NCBI GenBank assembly: GCA_010093705.1
Contig: MU006100.1
Span: 124,001 to 188,000, forward strand
Reading direction: 5' to 3'
DNA from: Patellaria atrata CBS 101060
Lineage: Eukaryota
Length of the DNA stretch: 64,000 nt
Positions within the stretch are counted from its first letter, which is position 1, and each line of letters begins with the position of its first letter. The position numbers and the translations under genes were made by a program. Below, in pieces: positions 50,203 to 60,825 of the stretch. The notes under the pieces are model-generated. The model did not search any database. It worked only from the letters and a program-made list of their open reading frames with translations, and was not told the DNA's origin.

Positions 50203-50640
50203 GGCGACAAGATGCGAGACTACAGTTGTCAGGCCCGTTGTCGCCCACAGGTCATTATATTATTATGTGACGACCTGGGTCCGTTTTTAGTGATCAGGTT
50301 TGGGCGGCGCTTGGAGGCCCTGACCGCGACCGGTAAGGTAATTCTTGGGTATATTTGAGCTGAGTTAAGGTTACACGCTAATCCATAATCGAAGGCGAGT
50401 GTAACCAAACCTCCTTAGCCCAGCGGGAGCGTGCGAACGGGCCGTACGGCACTAGCGCAAAAGTGATTGCCTAGTGGATTCCGACAGTTCGGTATCTAGC
50501 CTGGTGTCACAGGATGATCTTGGACCGAGAGGGCTAAGCTGCGGGGCCGAACTAGAACTAACCAGGCACGGCCAAAGCCCTGCTGACAAGCGATGGTTGC
50601 CCGTGAGGTGGTTGCCTGTGCTACTTTGTCGGCCCTATCG
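50203..50640 (+). ncRNA. Candidate structured RNA element (dense stem-loop cluster; partial group IE intron-like motifs)
   Basis: About ten complementary segment pairs within ~440 nt, several of 8-9 bp (see findings). Family and strand are not established. Confidence 0.3.
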
Positions 50641-53600
50641 AAAGTCACCTGCAGAACAGCTGCAGCATCCTGGCTTCAAGGCCTTTTATCGAGCCGCTAC
50701 CCTGTTATGCTGCGTGCTGTATACATTTCCACCATTTGGGGTGAACCCGCAGACAGTCACAATCTGGTTGATTTCACGGATGCCGCGCACCGGGATATAC
50801 GACTTTATATTCCCATATCTGCAATCCAGTTCGAACAGAATCCCAAACATCTAATCGAGTGGCGAATGCATGAATAGGAAGATTTCTTCGAGGTGCTAAC
50901 CCTTAACTATGAGAGTAGAGTACGTAGTAACAATCCTTCTAATTTTGGCGTCAACCGACGTTCATACTAGTTCCGCAGACAGTAGAACTAACTCTTGGAA
51001 AAAAACAAGTCACTGCACCATGTGTATAGTTCATCACCTCATAATTGGGCTAAATAAGGTAGACCGCCAGCGTCCTCCCTACTAGCACGAAGTCCTTCGT
51101 CTATCTATACAGTAGTATAAGTAGAGTACTACTGTACTCAGTTCTTAACCTCTGTGGTTTTCCGCTCGTATGACAGCATAACCTTGCTCTATCCTTGTAT
51201 ACTTAGACTTGTTAGCAACTAAGGTTCTTAGCCCTGCTCGAGGTTTTGTTATTCGGTTCGGTCAAACCGTGCCTAATCTTTCATACCTTAGTCTTGTCAT
51301 TCTGCTATATTTCTCAGATCTGAATTGTTGTCTCCTACGCATGTACTGTACAGCACAGTACAGTAGCCAGGCCGAAGCATCACTACATCAAATTTATCAG
51401 AATTAATGAACCTTTCCATACCGATTTTTTCCCAAGTTCGCATGAATCTTTCTCGAAAGCGACAGTTATTGCAATTTCCTACCGTCCATAATGTTCGCTT
51501 GGATTCAGGGTAGGAATTTCTCATCGCTCATTTAACCCCCTTGGCCAACTATTGGACCATTTGCGCCTTGCAGACTAAGACCATAACCAACCACCATTAA
51601 CACTCTTAGTAACCGTAATGATACTAGTTTTTCACTTGGATATCAAAGCTTACTTCTTCGTGAAAGGTACCGTTTCTGTTTCACGGCATCATGCTGCACC
51701 GCGTGGTCCCCTTGCCCTTCTTGTGTGGTGGCCTATAGTTCTACGGCGTTAACGCACATTTCTCATCTCCTCAATTAACAGGCATTCCGGGCTCTAGTTA
51801 TTCCCGAGTCCGATCGATATCCATGCACTGTTAGTCATTTCTGTCTACTTATTGGTTAAGACTTACTACGTTAACTTTGAGGAGTAGACATTCAGAAACC
51901 GTCCGGTTGTGACTTGAAATCGTCGCCTCCTCGACCCCATAGGATAGTGTAGTTCTACTCCCAAATCATACAAATCATGTTAGACTTCATTGCAATAGTC
52001 ACATGGTTGCGACGGTTAGACCAATTTAAGCAGACATATACCACCAAGGTGTCTAAACGTCCCATCCACATACCTACACGCCTCAAGAATAACGATATCC
52101 AGATTATCCTCGAGCATACAGTTTCAGATTTTCTGGCATTCTCCGGCGTGGTTGTTTTTGTGTAACCGATCAACATATATCCCGTCAGGTTATGCCGCGT
52201 CCATGGATAACGAGCAGATACAAGGCAGCGGTCCCACGTCCGGTATGGCATCGAACCAATGACGGATGGAGTCTATCAAAGAGCCAATCTGCATATATCC
52301 CTAATACATGGCATTATGATTCCTGATTGTACGCGGTTGTAGCCAACCAACAATGACCACAATATCTTCTCCAATCCAGCCCCGCCCCCCGCATGCAATG
52401 TCGAATACCGATTCCATGGCGTCCTTGCCCAGAGACCCACTTGTATATTTCCGTACTCGCTTTGAAACCCTCTTACATGTGTACAAGTATCAGCACCAGG
52501 AAGAGACCTGTGCTTTAGCTTAATTACTGCTATCTTGCAATTTGCAAAAAAGCCTTGACCAGCAAGCATGATTTCGCATGCTCACTCCTGAAGTAGTTAT
52601 TTGCATATGATTCCTTTTCAATTCGCATCTTGTAAAGCCATCACATTTAGAGTACCTTCGAGAAACTTTTCCGTTCCTTCTTTTGCATGATCCCCTGACA
52701 AGCATTTCTAAGATGGTTACACTGCACACCGTATATCGTTTAGGATCGGAAAGTTCGGCAGTGAGGGACCCGATGGGTCTACATGAGCATTTCTGCTATC
52801 GATACATTAGTTGTGGGGTCCGTATGCTTCTATTCTACATCCCTAGGTTTACGGTGCTTTGGTCATTCAGTTTTCCATGGGCGAAGTACGGATCTAAACG
52901 TAGCTCTAACAGCTCGCATGGAATACACGAGACACACCGAAGACAGGTAGACCTACAGTTAGGTTTTGCCTTGTCATCGTGTCGGATACTCTCGGATACC
53001 TTCCGTATTATTCAAACTCTCTTCCACAGCGCTGAACAAGAGCTTAGAAACTCCGAGTTTGGGTGACCTTGCTCTGAGTGGAGAGAGCACATGCAGGCCC
53101 CACTAGAGCCAGTACATGTACTTCTATACACTGTGATGGTTATGACCCTGATGACATATCTGTCTCTGAGCTCTTTGGTTGAATGTACTGTGGGGGGCCG
53201 CTTGAGAAACTCCGTGGTCGTTCGCTTCGCGGTATGGATACGCATTCAACGTCACGGGCTGCCTTGCCTGCCTTGCTTCGAGTCGGTTATTCTATAGCCT
53301 AATGGACATCAAGAATGAGCGGTTCAAAGTATTCAATAGCGCGATCAAGTTTGCTATGTTGTTGAGATAAGCAAACAGCCAGAGAAGACGTTGCTAGCGC
53401 TTCCTGCGTTGAGTTCTCAGCTCACGGTATGATCAATGTATCTGGCAACGACTTATTAGCTTTAGAACTACCTTAGGTCAGAACTAGTGCTAACGTCTGA
53501 GATAGATCTAGAACTTAATTCTAGTTCTCCTTTATAGGCTTTTAGCATTCGAATCATCTTTCGAGTTCAACGTCCAAGGTATATCGCTGCATATCTTCAT

Positions 53601-56600
53601 CCTTTGGCCGACAGGCACATTTCTAGTTTTAAGTTATCCAACCATTCAAGCATGGGAATAAGCGGCACGTTGTTGCTGGAGTGCTCTTACGTTGGCGGTT
53701 ACTACCGCTCAATCATATGCAATACGCCAAAACCCGCTCTCTCGTGTCTTAGTTCTCACTGCGACCAACACTGTTCCCACCCCGCCCTTCAGAATATTCA
53801 GCCGCCTTGCGCTTGCCGCCATTTTCAACGTCCGTTGTCGTTAGCGGAAGTTAGCGGAAGTCAGAGGACGGGAACGTTTGTTGTGGAAAACGTGTCCGAT
53901 GATGCATGGCGTCGAAGGGACTTAGTGCGCCGCACACTGCTATTCGTCATTTGTAGAACTCAAACTCTCCGATTTACAAAGGATTTCATCTTCTCCACTC
54001 TGAACGTGGTCTCATCAATCTTGAATTCATCCTTTTGCTGCAAAGTCAGTTAGTTGGAGTAATCAACGCGACTCGTATTTTCCCAATGAAATTCGACGAT
54101 TATAGGCATTTCAGGCCATCCCCCAGCGTCCCGACCTTGAGCCTTTCTCAAGCCAATGACATGAGCAATACTAGAATATCTGAAGCGATCACAGCAGTTT
54201 CTACTTAGATAAATGTGGACGACACCGTAACCCGACAAGGTCCGGCTAACAGTTACGGGATGAATGTTCATCTGGCTATCAGACCGCCTTCTTCTTTTCA
54301 GCCACGCCTCTTTGTGATTCAATCCTTTCTCGAATTCTAGAAGACGCACCGGACATCCATAGTCGTTATCCTTTCCCTTCAGATCTAACTAAAGCACGTC
54401 TTCAAGACGCGCAACTTACTGACGCACAGATTGATCGTCATCCCTCGACATGTTGTGTCTCTTTCCTGAGCAAGTTTCCGTTGCCTATCACGCCCATCAT
54501 CCTCTTTACATGCATCTTGCTCGTTTCGTTCTTGTTCCGCTGCGCATTCCCACCTATCGTGAACTGTCACTCGCCGCTAGATACGCACCGGTCCCAATAC
54601 ACTACGAACGCCACAATCCTTCAACAGCCATAGGAATGGCAGATTCAGAACGACTCCTACTACGTGTTTAATCTACTTGAGGTCTCCAAACGACGATATA
54701 CCCAGTTTTCTTTGCTTGCAGCAAGTTTCTGCTCCTATGAGATTCTCCTCTCGCGTCTATTTTCCCCGCTGCTCACCGCTCATGGAATCGGCTCGGCATA
54801 GCCTTCTCAGCCGTTGACGTGAGAGTATTCCGTTCCTCATCTTCCAAGGGTCCAAGCAGAATTTCAAGGGAAGACAACACCTAACTGAGGTACAGCCATC
54901 TCTACATCACCTTCCTTAATAATATTTGTATGCATTCGACTTCGCAGAAATCATATCTCAAGCACATCAATCAAATTCAAATTGCATATCGAAGGTTCGG
55001 GTAGTCCGTACCAGATGGTCGATTTTACCTTTTGCTATTTTACATATCTCCGTATGAGCTATCGTACCATTTGAATGTCTGTTAGAATCTCCTTTCTTGA
55101 GACCAAGAGAAGGGCTGCCGAGTTTCAAGCGAATGACATGGTTCTAACTGCATCACCATCGAGGAGAACAAAAAAGGGTCTAAGGAGGAAGAAAAGCAGA
55201 TCGAGTTATTGCCGACTCCTTGGTCATAGTATAGATTTGCTTGGAATTTTAGTATCTGTCTGTCTGTCTTGATATTCCGCATACAGTAGGCCCTGGTAAT
55301 TTTCATTCCTCGAAGGATTCTAACTTCACTCTACATCTGCTTTATGCCTCCATCATTTTCAATATTCTTCACGCACCCCGCTCAAAGTCAGATACGAATA
55401 ACGTTTCTAAAATCAAGGGTCTATCTCACGCTTGGAACAGATCGGTTCAAGGCCGAGAGTTGGAGAAACACACCATGACTATTAAGACAACAAGTGCCGA
55501 GGAGATAGTATATGGTACATGGCATTGCATAGTCCGAAAATCACGGACAGTTGCAATATTAAGCTTACACACGACCCTAGTCTACCCAGTTAGACCCTTA
55601 ATCTATCACTTCCAAAAAGTCGATTCCTTATTGAATCAATTGACCCTGCAGACCATCTAGGATCCACCTTTTCGTCTAATTCCCTTCCAACGATTTAGAT
55701 CCTCAATCACCAGTCTCAGCTCCAGTCTCCCCGCAAACGAGAACCAGGTTATTGTACTCGAATAATGGATACCAACCGTTCCACCACCGCCACACGAATG
55801 ATAATCAAGGCGTCCTGCTCTTCTGACTTGTACATCATGCGCACAAATGTCTTAAAACTCTACCTGTACACGACAGTAAACTCGAATGTTCCCTTTTTTG
55901 GTATCGCTCACCGCCCTAATCCTTACGAGGGTATATTCTGCAATCGGACCGATCCGGAATATATTTCTTGTCCCTGGATTCCGCCTGAGCCGCGTTACAA
56001 CGCTCCGCCTTGTCGCTTTCCCACTCTTCTCCTTCCCCCCAGGCCTCCATCTCATTCAGTCTCGCTGTTAGGTCCCTGTGTCTCCCTTTACCTTTTCCTC
56101 TCCGGATCATCTGCTCTCCAGTCCTCGTACGTCTCACCGTTCCACCCATTTGTAACGTCGATGCCTCAAACTGTCATACTCAATGAGGAATATGTAGATC
56201 ATCAATAGGCTACCTAACACACCTGCGAGAAGATGAAAATCATGCTCATGAAGCGGATCGACCTTGGTGGAAGGTTGAGGTTTTGCGGAAGGACATCACT
56301 TATTAGTGTTTAGCCCGTGTTCTATAATATTCGACTATTTGTTATGCCTTTAGGGTAACCGTAGAGAATAAGAGGCGCGAGTCTCTGCTCTCACGGTGGG
56401 TCTATCCGGATGTGGGCAAATGGGCCTTGATGGAAAATCCATTAGGCTGTGGTACAATACTCTGTAGTTGTATAGCTATCCAGTTCGATGAATCAATGCA
56501 CCCGACATTTTTCTCCAAGAAAGCTACTTTGACTTTATGTCTGTTCACCACTCGTGCTTTGCATTTGACCGATTCTCGTTGACCCTTTCGAAGAGGGGAT

Positions 56601-59600
56601 CATCGAAGAAAAAAGTGCCCTGAATTATATACGAAAGCAAGGATCATTCTTGCCATAGAGGATACTCTCTTTTCTTTTTCTGCTTTACAGGCCCTGCTAC
56701 CGAACTCGCACGGTCATTCCGCACCATGAGGAACAAAAGGGGCACTTGAGAATACGTAGAAGTCGTGCTCCACCTTCTCCATCCTCTTTTTAAATAGAAC
56801 AGCTTTTCTAATTACAATGTCTCCACCCTAGTATTCGCTCCGTAAAGCCTCCTACTCGAAATTATTGCATAGCCGACCTCGTGTGGTAGAATAGCTCTAC
56901 GTGCGACAGACATGTTGAGGAAAAGATAGGTAACAAACTCTTCCGTTTATCGACGTCTCGTTCTGAATTGAGTCATGATCAAATTACTAAGCTCATTTGC
57001 TACAGTTGAAGGTCGCATTCTGCTCTAAACCGGGAGAGCGGACGAACGCCGCACAAAAGCCGCCGGCCGAATCGAAAGCAACCTCAAGCACTGTAAATCT
57101 CTTCCCTAAACCCTCTATCGTCCATCTCACATCAAATCCTGCATCACCATCTTCTTCGACCTTCCTCGCCACCAGATACCTAAAGGGGTGATTTTCAAAA
57201 ATCTACGCGACCAATTTCGCGCATATGCAAGGGCGAGAAGATGACGAGCATGAAAACTAAGATCTATCCGCCCGTTCATCTCTCATTCTTTGTCTCGTTC
57301 TGTGCATAGGATCAGGCACACAAATGCTTGCGATAGATCCTCGCGATCTCATTCCCTATTCGAATATGCCCTGGTGGTTTCCCACGTGTAGCTCCTTGAG
57401 GATTGCGTTACAGGAGTATAACGGCGCATGAAGGCAGAGCTGGATGACTTTTAAAACCCCCCTTTTGGCAATAGCTTCTTACATCTCATAATCATAGGTG
57501 GCTGGACTCACTTGCCCTTAAGTGTTGATATTTCTACGCCACGAGCTTCGCCACATTTGAGATCAGCAAGAAGTTTTCGGTCGATCACGTTCTCGGAGCT
57601 ATATGGGGCATATTACAAGCAGTTGAGGCTGGATCTGTTTGATAGGTAATCCTCAATTTTCGCCTTGACATAGAACTCATTAGCATATTGAATGATTATT
57701 GTATACTTGTGTTCTACTTCTTTGCCTCTACCTCCCCCACGACCCACGTTATAATTTCGCAAACCCGCTCCCAAATGTTGTTTCAAACGCAGATTTCAAA
57801 AAAGTCTTAGGGAATATAGACAAGATCTACGGAGGAATCATTTTCATATCTTGCTACAATGTAGCCTATTCACCCACATCGGCCAAGGTTTTTCCCCAAC
57901 CTTTTTCTCCACGTCTCTCATTACTTCAGTAATAGGGAACTATTTACCTAATACGTCCGTCCCTGTCCCTTCGAACTTTATGATGAAATTGCGTAAAGTA
58001 GTGCGAAGAAATTTTCTTTCTGCTTAGTTCCCCTTTTGAGCATCTCCGTTACTCCTTGACGACATACGCTTTCGTTATTGTCGCTTTCGCTCGCCACTGA
58101 TCACTATGTTTGATAATTGGAATGAGATATCGTACGGCGTGTAAAATTCTATAGCTATAACATATATATTCCTGATTAACAGATAAATCGTACTTGTTTC
58201 TCCACTCAACATTGCTCTTGTTACCCGCTGTGGCCCCTCTATTGGTCCCTTTTGATAATTCATACGACATTTCTCTTGTCTGTTATTACCATTCCCATTT
58301 GTTGGTCAACATACTGCACTCCATTCGTCATCGTCTGCACGTTGAGCTTAATAATGTATCGCAGCGACGAACAATTGGGCCAATCCCTTCATATCTCCAC
58401 TTGAAAATAGACTTCCAGATTTCCTATAACACTCTATCCGACAACTACCGGCATTCTTCTTCTCCACATTCTCTTGTCCCGGTTTTCGGTCTCGCAATCT
58501 ATTCCCCATGTGTGTGCTATTGCTGTCTCGCGCCTCACTCAAAGCAAGGTGCGTCTACTCCACCTATCATTGCTCAGGATAGGGGTGTCCTTATCAACTT
58601 GCTCGCCACTCTCGCTCGCTATATCCTGGGCGCTGGTAACACGACAGCTGTTCGAACCACATATCTGGTTAGGAGACCAACATTGCAAGAGAGTGAGAGG
58701 AGACCCAAGGGTATCCCCCTGCTGCTCCATACACTTGCTTTCATGTGGGCTTGTCTAACAGATACTCGTACAGTAGTGGTCCATAGAGTCACTCAAGCGA
58801 CACGACAGTCCCCTTTCCCCCATCGCGTCCTTGCCACAAGAGTCCGTCATAGCTCCTACTACTTCATGAGCCCCACAATGTCGCCCGCCATCCCCGCATA
58901 CCCATCACAATTCTGGACGCTTGGATCAACAAGCTCCAGGTAGGAAGCTTCATTAAACTCCACATTACTCTCAAGCTCATGTACCTTCCCTACCTCTCCC
59001 AAGCCAACTAGTCTGCCCCAAGCAATCTCCCTCCCAATAGTGCTAAGTACCCAACTGTACCCCAGGGCATGTCATAGCATAAGGGCAACCTGACCATACA
59101 GTTCATCTCCCATGTCCTCTGGTAACAGTGCCGCAGATCATGCCGTAACTCCTCCCACCCTTTTCGCCTCTATTTACATAGACAAGCACACAATAGCTCA
59201 TATTCCTCCCTTCTTTCCATCCGGTGTATCACAGAACAGTCCCTCGCCTCTAAGTCACCCTCGGGGACCCGTTGCTCTGAGTCTATCATGATACCCAAAC
59301 TTCTATTCCCCTTTCTTACATCACCTTCTGTCACTCCGTCCTATCTGATCAACTCTCACTCCTGATCTCTAAACTCTCCTACCTACACCCTTCGACCCGA
59401 GTCCCAGTCATAAGTTTTCCTCCGCCCAAATCCCCCCTCCACGTACCTGCGTTTCCCCCCCTTCCCCCTTCCCAGGCACCACGTACATACCTACCCCTCC
59501 ATAGATTCTGCACTGCGTACACCCTCCCACGCATCTTACATACCCGCTTCGCATCACATAGCCGTCCCCTCCATTTGACCTACATGATACAGAAGCAACC

Positions 59601-60496
59601 CACAACCCCGGTCTCCGGACACCGGTTACGATTGACCATGCATACGCACACAGGATACACGTGGACACCTACAGCATGCAGCATGCACCCACTCTGCAAG
59701 AAGCGCCCAAAACTTGTGCTACTGCGGGAAAACTGGCTTGGAGGGATATATGCGGTGGGGTGCCCTAATTTCCCGAGATGCTATATCGTGTGGCAAAGTA
59801 GAGTATGGTGTTTTGGCCTGCGAGGTAGATGTACGGTAGGGATGAGGATAGTATGCTTTAGCTGTGCTTCTTCGGTGGCGTGATAGACATTCAAGACCCT
59901 TTAAGCTGTTCAAGATGATACCGCACACATGAACGACAAGCCCGGTACAGAAATGACCACACTGTCCAATTTCTCACCGTACCCTCTCCATACAATTTAC
60001 GGGGGAGCAACAGAAGACACGTTCCCACATGGAGCTGTGTCAAACAACCAAATTCCCATCCAAGTATCCCCCCATCGTTCCCTGTCTACCAAGCAAAAGG
60101 CAGCAAAGCCATCCATCCCAACCACAAGCTCTCCACCGAAGCCTACCGCAACCCCCCTACCCAAACTACCCAACCAATAACCACTTCTCCCATCCATCAT
60201 CTCGCCTCACCTCGCACGCATAGCCGACCACGCATACCCGGAACCAGTCACGCACATCTCACGCACCAATAACACCATAAAGATTAGTCAAGGGGGGCGG
60301 CCGGGGGGATATAATGATCGGTTGATTAAACGGCCCGCCATGCAAGACCAAAGAAAAGCTACCGTCCAAACCGAGAAAGCAGCTCACGAACCCTGCATCT
60401 GTCTGTCCTGTATGCTGTGGAACAAAAGACGCAGGAAAGAAGCCACTCCCGCACGCATGAAGAAATCCTAAGCTAGGCATGACGAAGACAGGGGTA

Positions 60497-60775
60497 TCGA
60501 TACAAAATCAGACCTCCATCCATAACCAGGTCCAGAGAAAAGTCGGATCCGGAGAAAACCTAAACCAAGAGAAAGCCAGATAGACCAAACCTCCACCCAC
60601 CATCGGGTTCCAAACTCCGATGTCGATAAACCAGACCCCGAGCCACCACCAGTCCAGAGAAAAGCCAGATAAACCAGACCTCCGCCCACCATCAGGTCCT
60701 AAACTCCAATGTCGATAGACCAGACCTCCGTCCAGAATCAGGTCTCAAAAGCCCAGTGTCGATTAAACCAGGGTC
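60497..60775. repeat. Degenerate ~44-bp tandem repeat with an 89-bp higher-order duplication
   Basis: GATARACCARACC-like motif recurs near 60579, 60625, 60668, 60714 and 60760; 60572-60637 is nearly identical to 60661-60726. Confidence 0.8.
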
Positions 60776-60825
60776 CCACAAGAAAAACCAGACAGACATC
60801 CAACCAATCCTCACACCACAAAGTC

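Noticed and set aside
50431..50760. Group II intron (GTGCG start, later GAGCCG)
   Set aside because: Too short, and no domain V hairpin can be formed after GAGCCG.
49895..50905. Telomerase RNA template candidates (ACCCTAAC, CTAACCCT)
   Set aside because: Eight-nt matches to the telomere repeat are expected several times by chance in 64 kb, and no pseudoknot or CR4/5 domain was identified.
53146..53212. Hammerhead ribozyme core (CTGATGA...GAAA)
   Set aside because: The required three stems around the core could not be built.
58194..58943. 249-aa ORF
   Set aside because: No recognisable domain, composition typical of non-coding sequence and a non-ATG start; treated as a chance ORF.
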